Shown here: positions 51,776-60,657 of the stretch, piece after piece
Position numbering within the stretch: position 1 is the first letter of the stretch
Layout: each line of letters starts with the position of its first letter
DNA from: Alphaproteobacteria bacterium
GTDB taxonomy: Bacteria; Pseudomonadota; Alphaproteobacteria; Rs-D84
Length of the DNA stretch: 64,000 bases
Assembly (NCBI GenBank): GCA_046881825.1
Contig: JBKSMS010000010.1
Span: forward strand, 12,924 to 76,923
Direction of reading: 5' to 3'
Notes under the pieces: model-generated
Seen by the model: only the letters and a program-made list of their open reading frames with translations
Told to the model about the DNA's origin: nothing
The model's database searches: none
Program-made: the position numbers and the translations under genes

Positions 51776-53032
51776 ATGTTGTTTTCAAATCTTGAAAAAA
51801 AGATTGCTTTCAGATATCTGCGCGCTAAAAAGCGCGGGTTCGGTTCTGTGATTTCATGGGTGTCTTTGATTGGTATTACTTTGGGGGTTGCGACTTTGAT
51901 AGTTGTGATGTCTGTTATGGGCGGGTTTCATGATACTTTGCTTTCGCGCATAATTGGTATGAATGGGCATGTAGTTGTGTATCATCAAAACGGGACTATT
52001 TCAGACTATGATTTTTTAATGGACAAAATGCGCCAAAACAAAGTTGTTGAAAAATATGTTGTATCTATGGTTCCCATTGCCGAAGGGCAAATTATGGCAT
52101 CTGCAAACGGAAATAATTCAGGGGCGATGGTTCGTGGAATTCGTATGCCAGATTTAATTTCTAAAAAAACAAGTGGAACGCGCATATATGGAAAAAGTTT
52201 AGATAAAATCAAAGATGGGGAATTAATTATTGGTTCTACTTTGTCACGCAATTTGCGTGTGTCAGCCGGGGATAAAGTATCTTTAATAGCCGCAAACGGT
52301 GGAACAGCAACGCCTTTTGGGACTATGCCGCGTATTATGTCGTATCCAGTGGTTTCTTCGTTCTTTATGGGGATGTATGAATACGACAGTGGGTATATAT
52401 TTATGCCGTTAGAGACAGCACAAAAATATTTGAATATTGAAAATTCTGTGACACATATTGATTTGTTCTTAACAGATGCCGAAGAAAGTGGTCGGGTTGT
52501 CAAAGCGCTTAATGCGTTATTACCAGATGGTTTTGTTGTTCGTGATTGGCGCGATTTAAATCGTGGTTTTGTTGGCGCTTTGCAGGTTGAATCCAGTGTT
52601 ATGTTTTTGATATTGATGTTGATAGTTATTGTTGCTGCATTTAATATCATTTCTTCACTAGTTATGCTGGTCAAAGATAAGAATAAAGATATTGCTGTTT
52701 TGCGAACATTTGGTGTGTCGCGTAAATCTATGATGAAGATATTTATTTTGTCTGGAACATCTATTGGGATTATAGGTGCAACATTTGGAACTTTGTTGGG
52801 GGTGGTCATAGCGATATATATTGAACCAATAAGAAAGTTTTTCCAATTTGTGACAGGACATGATTTGTTTCCTGCTGAATTATATTCTTTGTCAGAATTG
52901 CCATCAAAAGTTGTTCCGTCTACTGTGATAGGAATCGCAGTAATTGCAATCGTATTGGCGTTTTTGGCAACATTATATCCTGCGTGGAAAGCAGCAAACA
53001 CAGACCCCGTAGAAGTTTTAAGAAATGAATAG
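51776..53032 (+). CDS. lolE: Lipoprotein-releasing system transmembrane permease (FtsX/MacB family)
   Basis: Four TM helices with a large periplasmic loop. 418 aa. It is followed by lolD. Confidence 0.8.
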   Translation: MLFSNLEKKIAFRYLRAKKRGFGSVISWVSLIGITLGVATLIVVMSVMGGFHDTLLSRIIGMNGHVVVYHQNGTISDYDFLMDKMRQNKVVEKYVVSMVPIAEGQIMASANGNNSGAMVRGIRMPDLISKKTSGTRIYGKSLDKIKDGELIIGSTLSRNLRVSAGDKVSLIAANGGTATPFGTMPRIMSYPVVSSFFMGMYEYDSGYIFMPLETAQKYLNIENSVTHIDLFLTDAEESGRVVKALNALLPDGFVVRDWRDLNRGFVGALQVESSVMFLILMLIVIVAAFNIISSLVMLVKDKNKDIAVLRTFGVSRKSMMKIFILSGTSIGIIGATFGTLLGVVIAIYIEPIRKFFQFVTGHDLFPAELYSLSELPSKVVPSTVIGIAVIAIVLAFLATLYPAWKAANTDPVEVLRNE

Positions 53033-53041
53033 GTGTAGTAC

Positions 53042-53752
53042 ATGGCAAGCATATTAAATTCTTTATCAAAAATAACCAGAAAAGATATAGTGATGTCCGT
53101 TCGCGATATTAAAAAAACTTTTGTCGAAGCGGGGCAGCCATTAAAAGTTCTGCACGGGGGTGGATTTGATTTGTATCGTGGCGAAATAGTTGCGCTGGTT
53201 GGGCAAAGCGGTTCTGGAAAAACTACATTGTTGCAATGTGTAGGATTATTGGACAAGCCAACCAGTGGGGATATTTTTATAAATGGTATGCCGATTGATA
53301 AAATCAATGAAGAAACACGAACATTGTTGCGTCGTAAAAAAATTGGATTTGTTTATCAAAAACATAATTTGCTGTCTGATTTCACGGCATTGGAAAATGT
53401 TGTTTTGCCGATGATGGCTGCCGGTGTCAAAGAAGATGTTGCATGTCCGCGTGCTATGAAATTATTACAAAGCGCGAATGTTTCACACAGGGCGGGACAT
53501 TTTCCGGCAGAGATGTCTGGCGGGGAACAGCAACGCGTTGCGATTGCGCGTGCGATTGCGAATAATCCTGAAATTTTATTGGCTGATGAACCTACTGGTT
53601 CTTTGGATCCACAACATGCATCAATGGTTTTTGATTTGCTGTTAAGTTTAGTGCGTAAAAATAAAATGACAATGTTGTTTGTGACACACGATATGAATTT
53701 GGCAAAAAAAGCCGATAGAATTATTACCATCAAAAATGGTATAGTAAAATAA
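53042..53752 (+). CDS. lolD: Lipoprotein-releasing system ATP-binding protein
   Basis: GQSGSGKTTLL, LSGGEQQRVAIARA and LLADEPTGSLD. Confidence 0.9.
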   Translation: MASILNSLSKITRKDIVMSVRDIKKTFVEAGQPLKVLHGGGFDLYRGEIVALVGQSGSGKTTLLQCVGLLDKPTSGDIFINGMPIDKINEETRTLLRRKKIGFVYQKHNLLSDFTALENVVLPMMAAGVKEDVACPRAMKLLQSANVSHRAGHFPAEMSGGEQQRVAIARAIANNPEILLADEPTGSLDPQHASMVFDLLLSLVRKNKMTMLFVTHDMNLAKKADRIITIKNGIVK

Positions 53753-53772
53753 ACAATACCAAGGAGAGAGAA

Positions 53773-54435
53773 ATGAAACAATTAAACATAACAAAAACGG
53801 AACAAAAGAAAAATCGCGTATACGGCATAATTGGTATGGTTGGGCTGTTTTTGGTTGGTGCGGTATTTGGTTATATTATTAATGGTTCTGACCATGTAAA
53901 TCGTTCAGTTATGTCTCAAAATCAATGCAAGCAGTTATCAGACAGAATCAGCAGTTTGATTTACACTAATAATTTTGAACAATTAAAAATTGTAAATGAA
54001 TTATATTCTGAAAATTGTTTAAACCGTGAATTTGGACAACCAAAGCCACAACCGCAACCAAAAGTTGAAGAAAGAAAATTACCAGAAACAACATGTGGTA
54101 AAATTGAAATATTGTTAAATGAACAAGTAAGACCTGGTGATTCTATTAATCCAGAAGATCATATTGATAATGCAAAAATTTATGCGAATTTGTCTGAACG
54201 CGGTTGTCCCGAAAATTCGGAAAAATATAAAAATTTGGCTAAACAAGAATTAGAAATCGCGCGCGCTTTGGATGATGATAAATTGAAAGATGAACAAGAT
54301 TCTATCGAAATCGTTGAAACTTATAAAAGATTGCAAATGCAAGCCGAAGCTGAACGCATGATTGAAAAGGCGAAACAGTTGACTAACCCAGCAATAGATT
54401 TTATAATTCAATTGGAAAAAATCATAGAAGAATAG
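53773..54435 (+). CDS. Hypothetical membrane-anchored protein
   Basis: 220 aa. N-terminal TM segment. Confidence 0.4.
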   Translation: MKQLNITKTEQKKNRVYGIIGMVGLFLVGAVFGYIINGSDHVNRSVMSQNQCKQLSDRISSLIYTNNFEQLKIVNELYSENCLNREFGQPKPQPQPKVEERKLPETTCGKIEILLNEQVRPGDSINPEDHIDNAKIYANLSERGCPENSEKYKNLAKQELEIARALDDDKLKDEQDSIEIVETYKRLQMQAEAERMIEKAKQLTNPAIDFIIQLEKIIEE

Positions 54436-54445
54436 GTGAGGTATT

Positions 54446-54730
54446 ATGAAAAAGAAAGCGATTAAAAAATCAGAAAAACAAACAACAAAACCGACAAAAA
54501 AATCATATTTTTGGTATTGGATTTTGTGTGCATTTTTAATTGGTGGCGCGCTTGGTTATGGTGCGCATTGGACGATTATAAATTGGAATGGATTTTTTGC
54601 AACTTGTCCAAATGGGGAAAGTCCTGATAAAAATGGGTGCTGTGCCGGGGAAACATATACTGATGCCGGGAATGGTTGGATGGTGTGTTGCCCAGAAATC
54701 GGTGAAAATTGCTTTCCGCCTGTGAAATAG
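54446..54730 (+). CDS. Small Cys-rich membrane or secreted peptide (6 Cys in the C-terminal 40 aa)
   Basis: TM segment, then CPNGESPDKNGCCAGETYTDAGNGWMVCCPEIGENC. Confidence 0.35.
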   Translation: MKKKAIKKSEKQTTKPTKKSYFWYWILCAFLIGGALGYGAHWTIINWNGFFATCPNGESPDKNGCCAGETYTDAGNGWMVCCPEIGENCFPPVK

Positions 54731-54737
54731 GAATACA

Positions 54738-55202
54738 ATGGAAGATTTAGAAAAAACTTTATCTGAATACTTGGATGATTTGCTGGTTGCAGATGGTGTG
54801 TTAGAAGCGCGTAAAACAGAATTTCATTCGTCTGGGCGTGGCAATTTTAGTATGGTGGTTCAGGTTAAGCAAGACCCGCGTGTAAAGTTCAAAATAGAAA
54901 TTTATCCAAATGAAACAGAAGAACCACATTTCAAAGTGACATATCAAAATGTCACCTGTCGGTTTAAGCTGTTGAATTGTGAACCGATGAAGGCTGAATT
55001 GAAAAAGGGGATACCATCGCCAATACAAAAAATCATGAAACAAATACAAAAGACTTGGGCTGATAACAAAGAAGAGTTGATAAAAAAGTGGAATGAATCT
55101 CGTCCAACCAGTCAACATGCATGGGCATCAAAAAATAAAATAGATTGTTGCAAAAAAATCATAAGTTGGAATATAATCATATTGTGTCAAAAAGGAGTCT
55201 AA
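54738..55202 (+). CDS. Hypothetical protein, DUF4160-like (EPHFKV pattern)
   Basis: Weak motif resemblance only. Confidence 0.3.
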   Translation: MEDLEKTLSEYLDDLLVADGVLEARKTEFHSSGRGNFSMVVQVKQDPRVKFKIEIYPNETEEPHFKVTYQNVTCRFKLLNCEPMKAELKKGIPSPIQKIMKQIQKTWADNKEELIKKWNESRPTSQHAWASKNKIDCCKKIISWNIIILCQKGV

Positions 55203-55336
55203 AATGATTACACTTATATTTATCGTATTGAAATTAACAAACGTTCTTAAATGTTCATGGTGGTGGATATTATTGACATTGGCATTAGATGGTGGTGTTT
55301 TTGGTCGCATATTCTAATAGTATTTACAATAATGAA

Positions 55337-55363
55337 AACGCACCCGTCGGGTGCGTTTTTTGT
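55337..55363 (+). terminator. Rho-independent terminator
   Basis: acgcaccc-gtc-gggtgcgt followed by TTTTTTG. Confidence 0.6.
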
Positions 55364-55460
55364 TCTGGTGGGAGTATGCTTGCACTAATCGAGCAGAAAA
55401 TAAACAAGAATTCACAGAATTCATGCAACGGGTAAAAGAGTTTAGAGAAAAATGGTTAAT

Positions 55461-55507
55461 TTCACCCACGGGTGAAATTTGATAAAATGTTGTATGTGTG
55501 GTATAAT
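55461..55507 (+). promoter_or_regulatory. Palindromic operator (TTCACCCACGGGTGAA) abutting a sigma70 promoter, TTGATA-17-(TGg)TATAAT
   Basis: Read directly. It is paralogous to 56173-56219. Confidence 0.55.
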
Positions 55508-55525
55508 GCTAGAAAGGGGTTATTT

Positions 55526-56134
55526 ATGGATAAATCAAGTACATTTAATCAAGCGTCAGAAAATTTAAATCAACATAAATACTATCATGGTACACATATT
55601 GAATTACTTGATGATTATTTACAACCCAGAAAAAATTTTAACAGTCTTCAAAATGGTATTGTTTCTGGTGCTTTTGTAACTTCTAATGAGGCTCATGCCA
55701 AGTTTTTTGCAATAAATCATTGTATTGGTACGGGCCATACAAAATTAGATCATAACAAAATATATCTGGAACGTTTATCAAATAACATAATACCTGAATT
55801 TTATGTTTATGTTGTATATGAAACACCAGATAATAAATTTGTTCATGATCATGGAACCGAATATTATTCAACAAAACCGATAAAGATTGCATATCGCAAA
55901 AAATTTAACACAGTTGAAGAAATAAAACGGCTCGGTTATGAAATATATGTATTAAATGAACCGTTAAAAACAAACAAAGGCACAGATACTAATTTCGATG
56001 TACAACAAGAAATGCAAGAGAGAATTAATCAGAAACAATTTCATCGTGTTGATATAACCAGTATGATAAAAAAACAATCAAAAAACAAATTACAAACAAT
56101 ATTTCACAAATTATTCCATTCAAAAAATGATTAA
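55526..56134 (+). CDS. Hypothetical protein with an N-terminal YYHGT motif. A possible H-Y-E-class ADP-ribosyltransferase-like fold; speculative.
   Basis: ATG with an AAAGGGG RBS sits downstream of the promoter. The track ORF starts at 55472, inside the promoter. Confidence 0.4.
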   Translation: MDKSSTFNQASENLNQHKYYHGTHIELLDDYLQPRKNFNSLQNGIVSGAFVTSNEAHAKFFAINHCIGTGHTKLDHNKIYLERLSNNIIPEFYVYVVYETPDNKFVHDHGTEYYSTKPIKIAYRKKFNTVEEIKRLGYEIYVLNEPLKTNKGTDTNFDVQQEMQERINQKQFHRVDITSMIKKQSKNKLQTIFHKLFHSKND

Positions 56135-56172
56135 AACAGAGCATATAGATTCGAATAAATAAAAAGGGTTAA

Positions 56173-56219
56173 TTTCACCCTGGGGTGAAAATTGATAAAA
56201 TGCCAAAGATATGATATAA
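56173..56219 (+). promoter_or_regulatory. Second copy of the operator-promoter module (TTCACCCTGGGGTGAA; TTGATA-17-TATAAT)
   Basis: Read directly. Confidence 0.55.
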
Positions 56220-56247
56220 TAATACCCGTTATTATGGAGTTATATAA

Positions 56248-57024
56248 ATGCATTTGAATTGGGAACAAAAAGATTTTGATAAAGATATAGATTTTATATT
56301 ATTTCATCAAAAAGATAAAACACCTGTGTGGTGGCACAAACAGTTATTCAATGCATATCCTGATTTAGATTACGATTATTGTTGGAATTCTGGTATTAGC
56401 GAAGAGCAACGGTTTAAATATATAATCAAGCAAATGAAAATTCAGGCACAAAAACGACAACCTGTTATAGAAAAATCAATAAATATATTCCAAAAAGCAT
56501 GGATGGATATTGCTGATAATCTAAATGATGCATACAGTTCCGCTTTTGATAACGATTGTTTAAATATATTAAACTCAATGACAGCAGAAGTTGGTTTAAA
56601 TCCAATATGCCCGCGATATATTGAAAATCATAAATTTGATATATATCATTATTTTGATGTACAACATGCGATACTAATGGCATTACATGAAATTACTCAT
56701 TTTGTGTGGTTTTATTTTTGGCAACAACATTTCAAAGACAACATAAACGACTATGATTATCCAAACCTAAAATGGTTGTTATCAGAAATAGTTGTTGAAA
56801 CAATTATTCGTAATTCAAAGATAAACGATTTGATTAAACAACCAAAATATATTGCCTATTCGTATTTCTATGATATGAAAATTGGTGATGAACTGATTTT
56901 TGAAACTATGCGAAAAATGTATCTAAATCGGAAAGACATTTTTGATTTTATGGAAAAATCTTTTGATTGGGTAAAAAATAATGAAACTGAATTAAGAAAC
57001 AAGATAGCAGAAGCTGAAAAATAA
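56248..57024 (+). CDS. Hypothetical protein with an HExxH (LHEITHFVWF) zinc-metallopeptidase-like motif
   Basis: 258-aa ORF. GGAG RBS. Confidence 0.45.
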   Translation: MHLNWEQKDFDKDIDFILFHQKDKTPVWWHKQLFNAYPDLDYDYCWNSGISEEQRFKYIIKQMKIQAQKRQPVIEKSINIFQKAWMDIADNLNDAYSSAFDNDCLNILNSMTAEVGLNPICPRYIENHKFDIYHYFDVQHAILMALHEITHFVWFYFWQQHFKDNINDYDYPNLKWLLSEIVVETIIRNSKINDLIKQPKYIAYSYFYDMKIGDELIFETMRKMYLNRKDIFDFMEKSFDWVKNNETELRNKIAEAEK

Positions 57025-57394
57025 TAGTAAAAACTGCCTCGGTGTGTTCGAACAAGGCAAACCCTTGAAAATCTAAGTTGTTCGAAGATTAGTGAATTTT
57101 AGTGTTTTTCGTATACGCTTCTTTCGAACCACCAAAAAAGTAAGAAATCTAAAAGAAAACCGCACTTTAAAGGTGCGGTGTATCTTTTGGTGGGCAAGAC
57201 TTGGCGGGTGGGGCCTCGATGAACATTAATTAAAATTAAAAAAATCTTGTGAACTGCGATTTTTTAATATTTTATTAAATGTTCATTCTCGTAGTCGCCA
57301 TGCGCACCTATTATTCACGAAAATTTCATTTTCGTATGACACTGTCGTGTCATGGCGCTCTGGCGGCTCCACCCGCTCTCACTTTTTGCAAAAT

Positions 57395-57424
57395 AAAAAA
57401 CACACCGCAAGGGTGTGATTTTTA
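57395..57424 (-). terminator. Terminator downstream of the tRNA-Gly/tRNA-Tyr operon (bidirectional hairpin)
   Basis: cacacc-gcaa-gggtgtg flanked by T-runs on both strands. Confidence 0.55.
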
Positions 57425-57427
57425 TTT

Positions 57428-57513
57428 TGGTGGGAGCGGGTGGAGTCGAACCACCTCAGTCAAAGACAACAGATTTACAGTCTGCCCCGGCTCTCCGACT
57501 CCGGCGCGCGCCC
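57428..57513 (-). tRNA. tRNA-Tyr (anticodon GTA), type II with a long variable arm and encoded CCA
   Basis: Reverse complement GGGCGCGCGCCGGAGTCGGAGAGCCGGGGCAGACTGTAAATCTGTTGTCTTTGACTGAGGTGGTTCGACTCCACCCGCTCCCACCA. It has one acceptor mismatch and lacks U8. Confidence 0.7.
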
Positions 57514-57535
57514 TGAACTAAGTTACCACAATCTG

Positions 57536-57610
57536 TGGTGCGAGCAGAGGGAATCGAACCCTCATTTCAAGCTTGGAAGGCTTGCATTCTAGCCTTTGAA
57601 CTATGCTCGC
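57536..57610 (-). tRNA. tRNA-Gly (anticodon TCC), with encoded CCA
   Basis: Reverse complement GCGAGCATAGTTCAAAGGCTAGAATGCAAGCCTTCCAAGCTTGAAATGAGGGTTCGATTCCCTCTGCTCGCACCA gives a perfect cloverleaf. Confidence 0.85.
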
Positions 57611-57662
57611 AATGAATTCAAAGCCCTACGATTATATCGTATTTTTTTTTAAACGCAAGTGT

Positions 57663-59279
57663 TTATTCTTCGATTTCAACTACATCAATATATGAGCGTG
57701 AAATCGTTTCAGGTTTGGCTGTTTCGTATTCTGGGTTTGATACAACTTCGGTTTTTTCTGATTCATAGATTTGAACAGGAGCGTAAGTTTGTTGACTGAT
57801 CCCGTAATCAGATGCTGCGTTTGCGCCAATTGTTGTTGTTCTGTATGCAGATTTTCTGCGCAATTCATCAGGTATGCTGATGTAATCACCAGGGTTTATT
57901 CCTGGGGTAGCCAATTCGCGTTCGGAAACATCGCGCAGATCAGTCGTTCTGATGTTATACAGTGGTGTTAAAAAGTTTGTTGGGGCATCACTTATAGTTG
58001 CAGCATTCCCAGAACCATTTAATTCCATTATACGCAACGCGCGTTCTGATTCGCCAGATGGTTGAAGGCGAAATGCACCCGTGGTCCCCAGATATCCGTT
58101 TGGATCATAAAGATAAGCTGATTGATTCTTTGGTGAATACAACATACTCAAAGCCAGATTTGCCGCATCGTATCCAAATGCTGCTAAATAATCAGGGTCT
58201 TTGCCAGCCATCATATTATAAAGGCTGATGAAATTAGTCGAAATTTCCGGCAAAGTTGCATACTTTGCGCCACTCATTGTTAAATCAGATGCTATATCAG
58301 ATCCGTGCCAAAGTGTTGTTCCGTAAAATGCAGCATCGCGATTGCTGACCCCGTAATAGCGCAAAAACGAAGCCAAGGTTTTTGAATCGTCCCCATTACC
58401 CAAGAATAAAATCGCGTCATATGGTAATCTGCCCAATGTTTCTGTGCGGGATATTTTTTCAAGTTGTGCGCGCAGATTTCGTTTGTCTTGGGGTGACAAA
58501 GATTCTTTGGCCAAAATATCCGATAAAACTTCGCGGGCGCGGGTATTAGCAGCAGCACGCGCATTATACATCGTCGCCCTTTGAGCTGTATCTTTGATAG
58601 AATATGAATTACCAGGCAGATAATAGAACAATCCATTTATCGGCATATTGTATGCAGAAGAAACACGGTCGGCAACCGCAGCCATTTGTTTTCCAGAATT
58701 ATCATTTGGCGCCAAAACAACCATGTTTCGCGCACCGTCTTTTTGCATTTGACGAACGATAGTTTCAATGCTTTGTGTTGGGATTAAATTTGTTGTCACA
58801 ACATTGTCGCCCAATGCATTTACATCCGATGTAAATGAAATTACAGGTATTTGTGACGATTTCATGTCGCGCAGATTTTCAACATCTTCTGCAAAAAGTG
58901 GTCCAATTATAACATTTGGGTTAGTGCTAAGTGCAGTGCGTATCGCATCATATCTTGAAGATTTATCGTTTGGTAAATCAAAGAAAGAGACCTTGATATT
59001 CTGTTTTGTTTTGCGCAAAAATGCCGTTTCAACAGATGTTTTTATGTCGTTTCCAACCATCTTGGCATCGCCAGTCATCGGCAAAAGGACAGCAACATTT
59101 GCGTATGGACCTGAACTATCTGTGCCATACATGGATGTTGAATAAAGATATCCAGATTGAATATCTGTCGGCGCAGAAGTCCCAATTTGCGTTGTTTTCA
59201 TAGCGTGTTGCCCGCTGCATCCAGCCAACAAGACCCCTAATAAAATTAAAAATTTATTCATATACATTGAAAATCCCAC
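57663..59279 (-). CDS. Periplasmic-binding-fold lipoprotein (LpoA/LppC-like penicillin-binding-protein activator family, putative)
   Basis: LLAGCSG lipobox. 538 aa. Type-1 periplasmic binding protein-like pattern. Confidence 0.45.
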   Translation of the reverse strand: MGFSMYMNKFLILLGVLLAGCSGQHAMKTTQIGTSAPTDIQSGYLYSTSMYGTDSSGPYANVAVLLPMTGDAKMVGNDIKTSVETAFLRKTKQNIKVSFFDLPNDKSSRYDAIRTALSTNPNVIIGPLFAEDVENLRDMKSSQIPVISFTSDVNALGDNVVTTNLIPTQSIETIVRQMQKDGARNMVVLAPNDNSGKQMAAVADRVSSAYNMPINGLFYYLPGNSYSIKDTAQRATMYNARAAANTRAREVLSDILAKESLSPQDKRNLRAQLEKISRTETLGRLPYDAILFLGNGDDSKTLASFLRYYGVSNRDAAFYGTTLWHGSDIASDLTMSGAKYATLPEISTNFISLYNMMAGKDPDYLAAFGYDAANLALSMLYSPKNQSAYLYDPNGYLGTTGAFRLQPSGESERALRIMELNGSGNAATISDAPTNFLTPLYNIRTTDLRDVSERELATPGINPGDYISIPDELRRKSAYRTTTIGANAASDYGISQQTYAPVQIYESEKTEVVSNPEYETAKPETISRSYIDVVEIEE

Positions 59280-59317
59280 TCCTTATATGCTATTATTCTA
59301 ATGTAAAAGGATTTAAA

Positions 59318-60106
59318 ATGCAATCAGGACTTTACATTATTGGCACCCCAATTGGAAATTTGTCTGATTTGTCGCCAAGAGCTGTCGAAATTTTGAAAAA
59401 TGTCGATTTAATTGCGGCTGAAGATACGCGTGTTTTTGGAAAACTGGCGCATCATTTTGGAATAAAAACCAAAGTTGTATCGTGTCATGAACACAATGAA
59501 AGGGCGGTAAGCGAATCGTTGATTGAAAAAATACAAAATGGTATGGCAATCGCAACTGTATCTGATGCCGGAATGCCAGGAATAAGCGATCCGGGCTTTC
59601 GTATCATAAGCGCGGCGCGCAATGCAGGTGTTGATGTGTTTGTTGTTCCTGGACCAACAGCGGCAATATCTGCGCTGGTGTTATCTGGTTTTCCAACAGA
59701 CAGATTTACTTTCTGTGGTTTTTTTGATGAAAAAAAATTGCGCGAAGATAACAAAATTCGTCACACTATTATTTATTATGAAAGTCCAAATCGCGTTATG
59801 AATACAATTAAAACTTTGGCATCTGTTATGCCAGAAAGAAAAATAGCAATCGTTCGTGAAATTACAAAAATTCATGAAGAAACTATTATTGGCTATCCGG
59901 CAGATTTGGTGAACATAGAGCCACCGCGTGGGGAAATAGTGATTGTTGTTGCGCCTGCGCCAGATAAAAAAATGACAGATGAAGAAATAAGTGAAATAGT
60001 GAACGATGTTGTTGTGAATTCTACTAAATCAGCTGCGGCACAGTTGGCGGTGCGCACTGGGATTTCAAAAAAAGAAGCGTATAAAAAATTGGTGAAAAAA
60101 TCATGA
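59318..60106 (+). CDS. rsmI: 16S rRNA (cytidine1402-2'-O)-methyltransferase
   Basis: LYIIGTPIGNLSDLSPRA...IAAEDTR (tetrapyrrole-methylase fold, RsmI N-terminus). Confidence 0.8.
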   Translation: MQSGLYIIGTPIGNLSDLSPRAVEILKNVDLIAAEDTRVFGKLAHHFGIKTKVVSCHEHNERAVSESLIEKIQNGMAIATVSDAGMPGISDPGFRIISAARNAGVDVFVVPGPTAAISALVLSGFPTDRFTFCGFFDEKKLREDNKIRHTIIYYESPNRVMNTIKTLASVMPERKIAIVREITKIHEETIIGYPADLVNIEPPRGEIVIVVAPAPDKKMTDEEISEIVNDVVVNSTKSAAAQLAVRTGISKKEAYKKLVKKS

Positions 60107-60657
60107 TAAAATTTGTAGGTTCTTTTGAAAATGTTAAATCTTTGCCGAATACACGGTTTGCTGAATATGCTTTTGTCGGGCGCAGTAATGTTGGAAAATC
60201 TTCGCTGATAAATGCGATTGTAAATGAAAAAATTGCGCGGACTTCTAATACGCCGGGGCGGACACAAAGTTTAAATCTTTTTAACATAAATGATAAATCT
60301 ATGATTGTAGATTTGCCGGGATACGGATATGCGCGTGTGTCAAAAGAACAAGCGATGAAGTGGCTTGAAAGATTAGAAGAATATTTGTTAAATCGTTCAC
60401 AGCTCCGTCGGCTTTTTATATTGATAGATTCGCGTGTTGGTGTGAAAGATAGCGATTTAGATTTAATGGATTTCTGTGATAATAATGGGATTTGTTATCA
60501 AATTGTGTATACTAAAAAAGACAAACGCGTTCGTGAAACAGAACAGGTAAAAATACAACATGATAATCATCCTGCGATGGTCGAATGTATTTTAGAAACA
60601 TCTGCTGAAAAGAAAACAGGATTGGACGAATTAAGGAATATCATCGGTGTTAAATAA
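60103..60657 (+). CDS. engB: Ribosome biogenesis GTP-binding protein YihA/EngB
   Basis: FVGRSNVGKSSLINA G1 motif and DLPGYGYA G3 motif. Confidence 0.85.
   Translation: MIKFVGSFENVKSLPNTRFAEYAFVGRSNVGKSSLINAIVNEKIARTSNTPGRTQSLNLFNINDKSMIVDLPGYGYARVSKEQAMKWLERLEEYLLNRSQLRRLFILIDSRVGVKDSDLDLMDFCDNNGICYQIVYTKKDKRVRETEQVKIQHDNHPAMVECILETSAEKKTGLDELRNIIGVK

Noticed and set aside
57279-57521. 80-aa ORF overlapping tRNA-Tyr and its terminator
   Set aside because: It covers an RNA gene and hairpins.
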